From: a bacterium
GTDB lineage: Archaea > Thermoplasmatota > E2 > JACPAO01 > JAHFTW01
Direction of reading: 5' to 3'
Length of the DNA: 64,000 nucleotides
Assembly: GCA_040390065.1 (NCBI GenBank)
Contig: JAZJZE010000002.1
Location: 1 to 64,000, forward strand
This document shows, one piece after another, positions 18,535 through 27,626 of this stretch. A program made the translations under genes and the position numbers. The notes beneath the pieces are model-generated. The model was given only the letters and a program-made list of their open reading frames with translations. It searched no databases and was not told the origin of the DNA. Within the stretch, counting starts at the first letter, position 1; each line of letters starts with the position of its first letter.

Positions 18535-19632
18535 ATGCCGGTCGTCGCAAGCGATAGCGTCGAAGAAGCCACCGTTGCCCTGCAACGCAAGGTCAACAGG
18601 CGATGGAACGACGCCACGCATGCGGCCAGGTTCCTCCAGGACAATCTCCCCTCCGTATGGGAGCGCGTCAAGACGTGCAGCCTCACGTACAAGCGCTACG
18701 AGAATCCCCTCAGGCCTGGGGAGACGAAGCTGCAACCCTACGTCTGCAACCTGCAGCCCTGGTGCCTCAACTGCCTCACCTTCGCCCACTGGCGACGAAC
18801 GCAGCGCACCGTCGAAAAGTTCCAACGATGCACCCCCGCCGGCGAGGAGCCGCGCTTCATGCATATCGTGCAAACCGCCCCCATCTATGATGCGGCGCCG
18901 AGTTGGGGCATGGCGGCCAGCCGGAATCCGACAGGCTTCAGCAGCGTCATTTGGAAGGCAATCGAGGAAGGCTTTGGCCCAGGTGTTGGCGGTGTTGCAT
19001 CCTACCAGGATTTCGGGGAGGGCGCCTTCGTGCGCCGGCATCCCCACATTGACATGACCATCAACGGCTGGACCATTAAGGACGGCAAGGCGATGGAGTT
19101 GCCTTTCTACGACCTGGGCGGCGGCCGCGACGGCAACGACGGCCTCATGGCGTGGAAAGCGAATGTCTTACGCCAAGCCCAGGCATTGCACCTCGGCGCG
19201 GACGCGACTTCAACGTACTTCGGCGTCCTAGTCGAGGGAGTCGCCAGGTACCACAAGATCCTGAGCTACCAACTACGCGAAATGGTCGACTTGCGCAAAA
19301 TCGAGTACAACGCCGAGGAACGCATCGTAACATGGGTTAGCTACAAGAACGCCGAACGCACGGACATGACGGTCCGCAAATTCATGCTGGGCTTCCATGA
19401 TTACGCGGCTCGCCTCGACGTCTTCAACGGCTCAAGCGGCGACAAACTACACCGGGCCCATGGCCACATGGCCAACCGCGTCATTCGCGCCACCAGCAAA
19501 GCCATCGGCGGAAAGGGCGACCCTCACTCAGAGAATTGTGGGTGTGTCCGTTGTGGTGAGTGGGTGCGCGTCTTTGGCCAAGGCGCCCATCCGGATGCCG
19601 AGTGGCCTGAACTTGAGGTGGCAACCCAATAG
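18535..19632 (+). CDS. IS91/Y2-transposase-like HUH endonuclease, candidate rolling-circle initiator
   Basis: N-terminal Zn motif C..CNLQPWCLNC, motif 1 FMHIVQTAP, motif 2 QDFG..RHPHID, catalytic-Tyr region RYHKILSYQLRE, IS91-like tail IVTWVSYK..MTVRKF..HRAHGHMANR, and C-terminal CxCxxC. Confidence 0.7.
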   Translation: MPVVASDSVEEATVALQRKVNRRWNDATHAARFLQDNLPSVWERVKTCSLTYKRYENPLRPGETKLQPYVCNLQPWCLNCLTFAHWRRTQRTVEKFQRCTPAGEEPRFMHIVQTAPIYDAAPSWGMAASRNPTGFSSVIWKAIEEGFGPGVGGVASYQDFGEGAFVRRHPHIDMTINGWTIKDGKAMELPFYDLGGGRDGNDGLMAWKANVLRQAQALHLGADATSTYFGVLVEGVARYHKILSYQLREMVDLRKIEYNAEERIVTWVSYKNAERTDMTVRKFMLGFHDYAARLDVFNGSSGDKLHRAHGHMANRVIRATSKAIGGKGDPHSENCGCVRCGEWVRVFGQGAHPDAEWPELEVATQ

Positions 19633-19724
19633 AGCCAGCCCGCCCGAGCAGCATCGGTCGTGGTCCGGGGTTGGGTCTTCATCCGGGCCGCAAACCCATC
19701 AGACCCGCATGTGCGCGTGTCCGC

Positions 19725-20963
19725 CTATGCGGCTTGGGCCGCTGCGGCTCCCGCAGGCGGGGTTCCGTCCGTCATGATGGCGGGCGCAGCACCCGCACCC
19801 TCGCGCCCAAGGGCTGCCATGGCTCGTGCCAGTTGGTTGGCCAATTGGTTGACCAAGTCGACGGCCGCCGGCAAGGCCGGGGCGGAGCCGGCTGGTCGCG
19901 TTGCTAGGACGCGTTGGCGGGCGTCTTCCTCGCTCAGGTGTACGTAGTGGCTTGGCATAGGGCTCGACCCGCTCCAGCCGTACTTGAGGCGTAGGGCGGG
20001 CTCCCGGTAGCCTTGCTGGGCGTCCCGCGTTGCGGCGGTGTGGCGAAAGTCGTGGGCACTGAAGTTTGTCCGCTTGCCGGTTGGCCGCGCGTCCACCATG
20101 GCAAAGACTTCTTGGATGAGGCGGTTGACGGTGTCCACATTCATTCCCCGCACGCCGTTGCGGTAGTAGGCGAGGCTCGTGATAATCGGCGACTCGCCGT
20201 CGCTGCGGCCGGGGTGGATAGCGAGCCACGTCTTGAGGGCTGGGACGGCGTCACGGATGATCACGTACCGGGCGCCTGTCTTGAGGCCGTGCGTGGCAGC
20301 CAGTTCCTCGCGCAATTGGAGTTTGGCCGTGCCGGTGGCGTCGTCGAAGGCTACGTCGTTGATGCGCAGGGACAGGAGTTCACTGATGCGGAATCCGGCG
20401 TCCCACATGAGCCAGAACAGGGCCCGCACGAGTTCCGTCGTGTAGGTGGCTGTCTGGTCGTAGTGCGGCAATCGTGGTACGGCCTCGATGGCTGCCAGGA
20501 ACGCCTTTTCGGCAAAGACTTGGCCGCGCACGGCGTTTGCTGGGCGGGCGACGTGGTAGGCTTGCCGCAGGGCGCGCGGGATGTCCTTGGATTCCTCAAG
20601 GCCCAATGCTTCGCGCATGATGAGGCCGACGTGGATGCACATGCCCCGCATGGTGGATGCGCTGCGCGGTCGACCGACTCGGGTGTGGGCTGCGTTGTTG
20701 GTGGATTCGTCCTCGCCCCGGCGCAACTTGTCCATGAAGCGCGCCAAGTCGTCTGGAGTGGCTTCCTTGAAGGCGCGTCCGGTGAGGTGGCGGTCGAGGC
20801 GAATCATGGCCCAGGCGAAGGCGTAGTTGCTGCTTGCTCGGACACCGTTGTTCTTGCGCCGCGCGAGGAATTCGACGGCGAAGGGCAGGTTCGTTTCCGA
20901 CATGTGCCCAAGCGCCCGGGCGGTGTTGCGTTCAAAGCTCTGGTTTCGGTTTTCGGGGTTCAT
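19725..20963 (-). CDS. Tyrosine recombinase/integrase
   Basis: GFRISELLSL, LKTG, HDFRH, YGW and HYVH catalytic motifs. Start reassigned to ATG 20963. Confidence 0.95.
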   Translation of the reverse strand: MNPENRNQSFERNTARALGHMSETNLPFAVEFLARRKNNGVRASSNYAFAWAMIRLDRHLTGRAFKEATPDDLARFMDKLRRGEDESTNNAAHTRVGRPRSASTMRGMCIHVGLIMREALGLEESKDIPRALRQAYHVARPANAVRGQVFAEKAFLAAIEAVPRLPHYDQTATYTTELVRALFWLMWDAGFRISELLSLRINDVAFDDATGTAKLQLREELAATHGLKTGARYVIIRDAVPALKTWLAIHPGRSDGESPIITSLAYYRNGVRGMNVDTVNRLIQEVFAMVDARPTGKRTNFSAHDFRHTAATRDAQQGYREPALRLKYGWSGSSPMPSHYVHLSEEDARQRVLATRPAGSAPALPAAVDLVNQLANQLARAMAALGREGAGAAPAIMTDGTPPAGAAAAQAA

Positions 20964-21015
20964 GTTTGCTGTCTCCTTGGTTGGTTCGGTCAAACCCACC
21001 AAAGAGAGGCCCTAC

Positions 21016-21041
21016 CACTGAACTCACTGAACCCACTGAAA
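21016..21041 (+). repeat. Three tandem CACTGAA repeats (9-bp period) upstream of the integrase
   Basis: CACTGAAC 21016, CACTGAAC 21025, CACTGAAA 21034. Confidence 0.7.
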
Positions 21042-21271
21042 CCTGCGTGTCAAAGGCCGGCGCCCGATTCGTCAAGCCTCCGACGGCGGCGACTGCAACG
21101 AGGGAATCCAAGATGACGAAACGCAAAGCCCCCGGTCGGGGCGAGCGTCGGCGAGGCGCAGCCGCCGCGCGAGGGCGTGGCAGCCGCGATGCGAAGCGAG
21201 CGGCGGGGCCGCCGGGGGCCCGCCCGACGAAACGGGGAACCCCGAGGAGCCCCGGGGATGACTTGGGCCGA

Positions 21272-21589
21272 CTATTCGAAGTACCGCGGCCAGTGCCCCT
21301 TGCATGCAGGATTGAAACCGGCGCGGCATACCGGGCACCTTGAGTTGCAGCCGACGTACTCGGCGACTGTCATCTCGTGCCTGCAGACGCCGCAGATGAC
21401 GGACGGTTGCGCGTGCCTTGATTTCGGCCACGGCATCGCTTTGTGCCCCGCCGTTTCGTCGTGGCAATCGTGGCAGGGCCACCAGCCATCGCAACAGGCG
21501 AAGCGGAAGGCGACGACGTCGAGGGGGCCGTGCCAGTGGACGCAACGGGTTTGGGGGTCGAGGGGATGGCCGCGGAGCTCGCCGATCAT
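21272..21589 (-). CDS. CHY-type zinc-finger protein (Hot13-like)
   Basis: TRCVHWH..FACC..PCHDCH..CGVC..CPVC..FNPAC..H. Start at ATG 21589. Confidence 0.9.
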   Translation of the reverse strand: MIGELRGHPLDPQTRCVHWHGPLDVVAFRFACCDGWWPCHDCHDETAGHKAMPWPKSRHAQPSVICGVCRHEMTVAEYVGCNSRCPVCRAGFNPACKGHWPRYFE

Positions 21590-22065
21590 TTCTGTTGCCA
21601 ACCCTCTGGCGGCTCGGGGAATCGGCGGAGGACGTGTTCTGCAAGGAATTGCCAATCTCTCTTGCGCATGGCGCTCGTCGTCACCCGCAATGCCCTGCTG
21701 TTGCGCCCGCGGACCGTTCGGAACCGCAGGCGGCGCATGTAGGCCCCACGGTAGCCAACCGTATACGACTTGATGCCAACGACCTCGTCGAAGCGGACGG
21801 TCTGGTGGAACCAAAGGACGCCACGCGTAATTTCATCACCATCCACGCGAAATCGTTCGGTGACAGTCCAGGCCAGCACCAAGGGAATGCCGATTGCAAA
21901 GGCCGTCATTCCACAAATCACGGCCGCGGGGCCAAGAGGACTCACGCTGACCAGCGAGCCGAACTTGAAAAGCGCGAACGCAAGGAATCCCAGGAGTCCG
22001 ACGCAATTCACCACGACGCCGAGCGGGGATTGTGCCCATATCACTCGTACGGGCCCGTTTGTCAA
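21586..22065 (-). CDS. Membrane protein, two TM helices plus a bacterial PH-like domain
   Basis: C-terminal 159 aa of the 841-aa track ORF; its TTG start overlaps the purH stop. Confidence 0.6.
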   Translation of the reverse strand: MTNGPVRVIWAQSPLGVVVNCVGLLGFLAFALFKFGSLVSVSPLGPAAVICGMTAFAIGIPLVLAWTVTERFRVDGDEITRGVLWFHQTVRFDEVVGIKSYTVGYRGAYMRRLRFRTVRGRNSRALRVTTSAMRKRDWQFLAEHVLRRFPEPPEGWQQK

Positions 22066-23681
22066 TGCCTGAAACTCCTCTGTCCTGAGAACATCATGGC
22101 AATGCCTTTCTCGTCCGCAGCCCCGATGACTTCGGCGTCCCGAATCGAGCCGCCCGGCTGGACAATCGCAGCCACACCGTGCTCGGCCGCGACGTCGATG
22201 GCGTCGCGGAACGGGAAGAATGCGTCGCTCGCCATGACGCTTCCCTTGATGCGGTCCTTGCCTTTGTGGGTGGCGATGAAGGTGGAGTCGACGCGGGCGG
22301 TTTGGCCGCCGCCGATGCCGACGGTTCTCGTGCCTTGGACGAAGACGACGGCGTTGCTGCGGATGTGCTTGACGCAGCGCGCGGCGAAGAGGAGGCTCTC
22401 CATTTGCGGCTTCGTGGGCGTGGTCTTCGTGACGGATTTCCACGAGGCGACGTCGTAGGGTTTGAGGTCGCGGTCCTGGACGAGGAGGCCGCCGGTGACG
22501 GTGCGGACCTGGGTGCCGCTGCGGTTGTGTGGGCGGTCGAGTCCGGGGAGTTCGAGGAGGCGCAGGTTCTTGCGTTTCTCCATGTGCGCAAGGGCGTCCG
22601 CGGCGAATGCTGGTGCGATGACGATTTCGAGGAACAACTCGTCGAGGGCCTTCGCCGTGTCGAGCGTGAATTTGCGGTTGACGCAGACGATGCCGCCGAA
22701 GGGTGAGTACGGGTCGCATGCCAAGGCGTCCTTGTACGCCTGAGTCACGTCCGCAGCGGATGCAATGCCGCACGGTGTGGCGTGCTTGACGATGACGCAC
22801 GTGGCTTTCTCCGGGAATTCCTTCACGCATTCGATGGAGACGTCGGCGTCGAGGATGTTGTTGTAGGAAAGTTGCTTGCCGTGCAACTGCCTCGCGTGGA
22901 TGATGGAGGGCTCCTGCGTGTTGCGGGGCCCGGCCTTCTCGTAGAATGCCGCGCGTTGGTGCTCGTTCTCGCCGTACCGGAGAGTCTCGATGCGGTCGTA
23001 GGCGAACACCAAGTGCTCGGGATAATCGGTGAGGCCGAAGCGCTTCGACAGGACGCGTGCGATGATTGCGTCGTAGCGGGCGGTGTGCTGGAAGGCGCGC
23101 AGTGCAAGTTCCTGGCGGAATGGAAGGGGTACGTCTCCTTTCTCCACGGCCGCCGCGACGGCGTCGTACTGCGACGGGTCCGTGACGACCAGGACGTGGC
23201 GGTGGTTCTTCGCGGCGGCGCGCACGAGGCTCGGGCCGCCGATGTCGATCTGCTCCTCGAGTTCCTCGAGGTCGACGCCCTCCTTCGTCGCCGTCTGCTC
23301 GAACGGGTAGAGGTTCACGACGACGACGTCGATGGGCCGGATGCCGTGCTCCGCCATCGATGCCCGGTGGCCCGCGTCGCCGCGCTTGGCCAGGATGCCG
23401 CCCGCGACCTTGGGGTGCAGCGTCTTGACGCGGCCCTCCATCATCTCGGGGAAGCCGGTGAAGTCGGAGACGTCCTGGACGACCAGCCCGGCTTTCCGGA
23501 GGGCCTGCGCGGTGCCGCCCGTCGAGAGGAGGTGGATGCCCATCTTGGAAAGACGCTTGGCGAAGTCGACGAGGCCTGCCTTGTCGGAAACGGAGAGGAG
23601 TGCAGCCGGGGCGTCCTTGCCGACGGGCTTGACGGGAGGTGCGGCGGCAGGTTTCCCTGCGGGTACGGGCGGGCCGGCCAT
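22062..23681 (-). CDS. purH: Bifunctional AICAR transformylase/IMP cyclohydrolase
   Basis: ALLSVSDK, GRVKTLHPK, IDIGGPSLVRAAAKN, LRYGENEHQ, SDAFFPF and RSFRH. Confidence 0.98.
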   Translation of the reverse strand: MAGPPVPAGKPAAAPPVKPVGKDAPAALLSVSDKAGLVDFAKRLSKMGIHLLSTGGTAQALRKAGLVVQDVSDFTGFPEMMEGRVKTLHPKVAGGILAKRGDAGHRASMAEHGIRPIDVVVVNLYPFEQTATKEGVDLEELEEQIDIGGPSLVRAAAKNHRHVLVVTDPSQYDAVAAAVEKGDVPLPFRQELALRAFQHTARYDAIIARVLSKRFGLTDYPEHLVFAYDRIETLRYGENEHQRAAFYEKAGPRNTQEPSIIHARQLHGKQLSYNNILDADVSIECVKEFPEKATCVIVKHATPCGIASAADVTQAYKDALACDPYSPFGGIVCVNRKFTLDTAKALDELFLEIVIAPAFAADALAHMEKRKNLRLLELPGLDRPHNRSGTQVRTVTGGLLVQDRDLKPYDVASWKSVTKTTPTKPQMESLLFAARCVKHIRSNAVVFVQGTRTVGIGGGQTARVDSTFIATHKGKDRIKGSVMASDAFFPFRDAIDVAAEHGVAAIVQPGGSIRDAEVIGAADEKGIAMMFSGQRSFRH

Positions 23682-23732
23682 ACTTACGTTTCGTCGATGA
23701 GGACGCCGTATATAGGTGAGGGGGCGCAGCGG

Positions 23733-24101
23733 CTAGCGTCGCTTCTTTCCGAAGGCCGAGTCGAGGGTGGCGATGAGCTCGCTTTCGTCCACGGAGGCGT
23801 CGCCGTCGGAGGCGACGAGTTCCTTGACGGTGGTGAGGAGGGGCTGCTGCAAGTGCGGAGGCACCGTGGCGACGGCTTCGGTGAGGACCGCTTGGACGCC
23901 GTTGCGCCGCATGCGTTCCCCGACGGCCTTCATGGCGGCCTCGAGGGATTCCGACGCCCAAAGTTCGGGGAATTCGGCAAGGCAGCCGCGCAAGGTGTCG
24001 TTCTCCTCTTGCGTCACGGAGCCGTCGCCGAAGACGGCCTGGGAGGCGATGGCGGCCACGGCTTGGCCAGGAGTGAGGGGGAGGTTGGTGCGGACGCCCA
24101 T
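23733..24101 (-). CDS. TerB-like family protein
   Basis: GDGSVTQEE ... SDGDASVDESELI tandem motifs. Confidence 0.7.
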   Translation of the reverse strand: MGVRTNLPLTPGQAVAAIASQAVFGDGSVTQEENDTLRGCLAEFPELWASESLEAAMKAVGERMRRNGVQAVLTEAVATVPPHLQQPLLTTVKELVASDGDASVDESELIATLDSAFGKKRR

Positions 24102-24156
24102 GCCTCATCATCCCGGGAGGGGGACGTAAAGGTTGGGTGTGGCGTGGTCACGTCGT

Positions 24157-24690
24157 CTAAGAGTCGACGTACTCGAAATTCTTCGAGTTCACCCAGGCGA
24201 TGAGGTCGAGGGCCACGTCGCAGGATTCCGCGACCTCGGGGTGGGGGTCGTGGCGGTGCCGTTCGAGCACCGGGATGGATTCGCTCTGGCCGATTGCGCC
24301 AAGGGCTTCGGCGCATTCGTGGCGCACCATGACGTGTTCGTCCGGCTTGTCCAGGACCGCCGTGAGGAACGGCACGGCGTGCGGGTCCTGCATCTGTCCC
24401 ATCACGTAGGCGACTTCGTGGCGCAGGAGGGCGGACGGGTCGTCGAAGCAAGCCGCCAGCGCCTCGACGGCGTCGGGCCCGCCAAGGTTGCGCAGCGTGA
24501 AGACGCAGCGCATGCGTTGGAACATGGGCAGGTGCACGTCGGTGAGGCGGGCGCGCAACTCGGCCACTTTGCCGCGATGGGCCGCGTACGGGCCATCCAG
24601 AGGCGGGGCCGGATCGACGCTGGTGTAGCCGGCGTCGGCGATGGTGCCCGCTGGCACGTTCCGGTTCACGAGCGCTTTCCAGCCTTGCAC
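24157..24690 (-). CDS. Half-size deoxyhypusine hydroxylase (DOHH)-like HEAT-repeat protein
   Basis: YTSVDPAPP, PMFQRMRCVFTLRNLGG, SALLRHEVAYVMGQMQ, MVRHECAEALGAIG, ESCDVALD and FEYVD. GTG start at 24690 or 24669. Confidence 0.85.
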   Translation of the reverse strand: MQGWKALVNRNVPAGTIADAGYTSVDPAPPLDGPYAAHRGKVAELRARLTDVHLPMFQRMRCVFTLRNLGGPDAVEALAACFDDPSALLRHEVAYVMGQMQDPHAVPFLTAVLDKPDEHVMVRHECAEALGAIGQSESIPVLERHRHDPHPEVAESCDVALDLIAWVNSKNFEYVDS

Positions 24691-24694
24691 TGAT

Positions 24695-26038
24695 TTAGGG
24701 CTTGCGGCCCGTCGAATGGCGTCGCAGGAGGGCCACCGCCATGAGGCCCGCGAACGCCGGCGCAATTGGCAGGTTGGTGGAGTGCGGCGGCGTCGACGAC
24801 GACGTTGACGCGGGGCCGGTGCCGGGCAGGAGGGCCGCGTCGTGCACGTAGCCGTAGTGCCCGAGGCTTCCGGTGCGTGCCGCGTAGTAGGCGACCGTGC
24901 CGCCGATGCGCGCTTCCGTGTCGTAGCCCGCGACAAGGAGGTCTTTGCCACCGGCCTCGACCTCGAGGGCGGCAAGGGTGTCCGTCGGCTGGTGGTAGTG
25001 CGGATACTCCGCATCGTGGCTGCCTTGGATGCGCATACCGGCATGGCCCATCGCGATGAGCGGGACGTGGTCGCTGCGGCCGTACGCGTCGTCGTACACC
25101 CAAATGTACTGCGGGGGAAGGCGCAGGAGGTCGTAGGCGACTTCGCGCACGAGGAACTGGTAGTTCGTGTTGTTCGCGAGGATGGCCGGGAAGTCCGGCC
25201 TCGCCTTGAGGTCCTGGTAGCACCCGTACGAGAAGCAGGCCCAGTCGTCGTCGGCGTGGATGGGCGCGGTGCGCAGGTTCAGGACCGCCGTCTTGGAGAC
25301 GTCGGTGGCGTTGCCGTATTGCACCCAGTTGTTCATGGCCGGGTAGTTGAGGCCCGGCATGTCGAAGGATTGCGACAGCAGGATGTCAATGCGGTCCGTC
25401 GCGTTCAACCCAAGGAGGCCCGCGGCGACAGAGTGGTCCTTGGCAAATGCGATGGACCCGTACAAGCCCCACTCCTCGCCGTCGTACCAGAGGAAGACGA
25501 CGGTGGCCTCGAGCGTCTGGCGGTCGCTTGCCGCCTTGAACGCTCGGGCCAGTTCACGCACCGTGCAGATGCCGGAGGCGTTGTCGAGGGCGCCGCCGCC
25601 GAACGTCGCCTCGCGCGTGTCATAATGACCGCCGACGACCACCCATCGTTGCAAGTCGCGGCCTGGCAGGACGCCGACGATGTTGGTGCCGCCCGTCGGG
25701 ACCGTGACGCCGACACCGGGGCCGCCGTCCGTGAAGGTCTGCAGAGCCGTCTTGAGCCCGAGTTCTCCAAACACGTTGCGGTACTTCGCCACGAAGGCAT
25801 CATGCGTCGGCGTCCCCATCAGCCGGTAGCTGTCGGGAGCGCCCAGCGTCACGTCCGAGACGCAAGCGTGGATGCTGGCACCGGAGACGTCGGCAGCCAA
25901 GGCCCGCAGATCCGCGACTGTCGCATTGCCGTCGAGCTCGAACGGGACCCCATCCGTCACGGCGTCCGCCGCGCCCGGAGCTTGGGCGCCGGCCGGCAGG
26001 GCGACGAGCAAGACGACGGCCGCGACGACAATGCGCAT
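24695..26038 (-). CDS. Secreted M28-family metallopeptidase with a C-terminal membrane anchor
   Basis: GGHYDT, GALDNASG, DGEEWGLYGS, RSDH and YHQPTDT; hydrophobic and basic tail. Confidence 0.92.
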   Translation of the reverse strand: MRIVVAAVVLLVALPAGAQAPGAADAVTDGVPFELDGNATVADLRALAADVSGASIHACVSDVTLGAPDSYRLMGTPTHDAFVAKYRNVFGELGLKTALQTFTDGGPGVGVTVPTGGTNIVGVLPGRDLQRWVVVGGHYDTREATFGGGALDNASGICTVRELARAFKAASDRQTLEATVVFLWYDGEEWGLYGSIAFAKDHSVAAGLLGLNATDRIDILLSQSFDMPGLNYPAMNNWVQYGNATDVSKTAVLNLRTAPIHADDDWACFSYGCYQDLKARPDFPAILANNTNYQFLVREVAYDLLRLPPQYIWVYDDAYGRSDHVPLIAMGHAGMRIQGSHDAEYPHYHQPTDTLAALEVEAGGKDLLVAGYDTEARIGGTVAYYAARTGSLGHYGYVHDAALLPGTGPASTSSSTPPHSTNLPIAPAFAGLMAVALLRRHSTGRKP

Positions 26039-26085
26039 CGGCCGTGGACGCCAACCCCCGCACATCTACGTGATGGTGGCCAACC

Positions 26086-27624
26086 TTACCGCTGCAGCAG
26101 GCTCTTGGCCGTCATCTCCGGCGGCACGGGAAGCCCCATCGCGTCCAGGAGCGTGGGCGAGACGTTCTCCAACGCGCCCGAACGCAGGGTGGCACCCGCC
26201 GGCCCATTCACAAGGATGAGCGGGCTCGGGTTCATAGTGTGCTTCGTGACGGCCTCGCCGCGCGACCCGTCAGGGTTGACCTTGCACATCTGTTCGCAGT
26301 TGCCGTGGTCGGCGGTGATGAGGGTGACGAAGCCGAGCGCGGTGGCGACGGCCACGACGCGGTTCAGGCAGTTGTCGATGAACTCGACGGCTTCGATGGC
26401 GGCGTCGAGCTTGCCGGTGTGGCCGACCATGTCGGGGCTGGCGTAGTTGACGACGACGAGGTCGTGGCCGCCCGAGCCGAGAGCCAGCAGGAGTCGATCC
26501 GTGACCTCGCCGGAGGACATGCGTGGAGCCAAATCGTAGGTTGCGACCTTTGGGCTCGGGACGAGGACGCGCTCCTCGCCTGCAAATGGTTGCTCGCGGC
26601 CACCGTTTAGGAAATACGTGACGTGCGCGTACTTCTCCGTCTCCGCGATGTGGAACTGCGTCAGTCCGAGATGCGATACGTGCTCGGCGAGGCAGTTGGC
26701 GACGGCCGTCGGTGCAAAGGCGACGTGCAGGCCAGGCCAGCCGGCGAACGACTTGTCGTATTGCGTCATGCAGACCCACACGAGGTTGTCGATTTTGGTC
26801 CGGGGGAAGCCCTTGAAATCGGGGTCCATGAAGGCCCGGGTCATCTGCCGGCTGCGGTCGGGACGGAAATTGAGCCAGACGACGGCGTCGCCGGAACGCA
26901 CTGCGCCGGAGGCATCCGGCGCCGTGGCGGCGACGAATTCGTCCCCTTCCCCACGGCCATGGGCCCCCTCAATCGCGGCGGATGCCGTGGGCGCCTGAAC
27001 GGCGAGGCCACCCACGTACAATTCGTAGGCCGATTGGATGCGTTCCCAGCGGTTGTCGCGGTCCATGGCGTAGTAGCGACCGACGACATCGGCGATGCGC
27101 CCGACGCCGGCCGCTTTCATCTGCCCCTGCAAAATGGAGAGATAACCGAGGGCGCTTCGGGGTGGTGTGTCGCGTCCGTCCCCGATCGGGTGCACCCAGA
27201 CGTCCTTGACGCCGGCGGCCGCAGCGGCTCGGAGAGCGGCGGCCATGTGAGCCTCGTGGGCATGCACCCCGCCAGGCCCAAGCAGCCCCATGAGGTGCAA
27301 GCGCCCGCCTGTCCGCCGGATGTGGTCGAACGCCGCTGCAAGGTGCGAGGAAAACGACCCATCGGCGATGGCGTTGTTGATGCGCATGAAGTCCTGGTAG
27401 ACGACGCGGCCGGCGCCGATATTCAGGTGGCCGACCTCGGAGTTTCCCATCTGTCCGTGGGGCAGGCCGACGGCGGGACCGTTGTTCTGCAGCTCGACGT
27501 TCGGGAATGTTGAGCGCAAGCGGTCAAAGGTCGGCGTCTTGGCGATGGCAACCGCATTGCAGATGTCACGCGGGTCGCCCCAGGCAAAACCGTCCAGGAT
27601 GACCAGGAGGCCGGGACGGTGCAC
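26086..27624 (-). CDS. gpmI: 2,3-bisphosphoglycerate-independent phosphoglycerate mutase (bacterial-type)
   Basis: ILDGF, GQMGNSEVGH, GRYYAMDRDNRW, AETEKYAHVT, PDMVGHTG and TADHGN. Confidence 0.97.
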   Translation of the reverse strand: MHRPGLLVILDGFAWGDPRDICNAVAIAKTPTFDRLRSTFPNVELQNNGPAVGLPHGQMGNSEVGHLNIGAGRVVYQDFMRINNAIADGSFSSHLAAAFDHIRRTGGRLHLMGLLGPGGVHAHEAHMAAALRAAAAAGVKDVWVHPIGDGRDTPPRSALGYLSILQGQMKAAGVGRIADVVGRYYAMDRDNRWERIQSAYELYVGGLAVQAPTASAAIEGAHGRGEGDEFVAATAPDASGAVRSGDAVVWLNFRPDRSRQMTRAFMDPDFKGFPRTKIDNLVWVCMTQYDKSFAGWPGLHVAFAPTAVANCLAEHVSHLGLTQFHIAETEKYAHVTYFLNGGREQPFAGEERVLVPSPKVATYDLAPRMSSGEVTDRLLLALGSGGHDLVVVNYASPDMVGHTGKLDAAIEAVEFIDNCLNRVVAVATALGFVTLITADHGNCEQMCKVNPDGSRGEAVTKHTMNPSPLILVNGPAGATLRSGALENVSPTLLDAMGLPVPPEMTAKSLLQR

Positions 27625-27626
27625 GT

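Larger units (their letters stand above)
1..21100. mobile_element. Integrative genomic island (left end outside window; right end approximate)
   Basis: ArdC, a defence pair, an RHS toxin, an ATPase, an HUH protein and a tyrosine integrase cluster together. Housekeeping genes resume at about 21,270. No att pair is visible. Confidence 0.75.

Noticed and set aside
19633-19724. IS91 oriIS/terIS end next to the HUH gene
   Set aside because: No convincing terminal tetranucleotide plus hairpin arrangement could be identified by eye.
21586-24111. 841-aa ORF in the track
   Set aside because: Most of it is an Arg/Pro-rich off-frame shadow of purH. Only the last ~159 aa look like a real protein.
24691-25044. 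N-terminal extension that would make the DOHH-like protein full length
   Set aside because: It overlaps the M28 peptidase gene in another frame and has no HEAT or HE motifs.
26086-27624. Bacterial-type gpmI as evidence of a bacterial contig or chimera
   Set aside because: Some archaea carry this type, and the tRNA, SRP RNA and cdrS-ftsZ in the window are archaeal.
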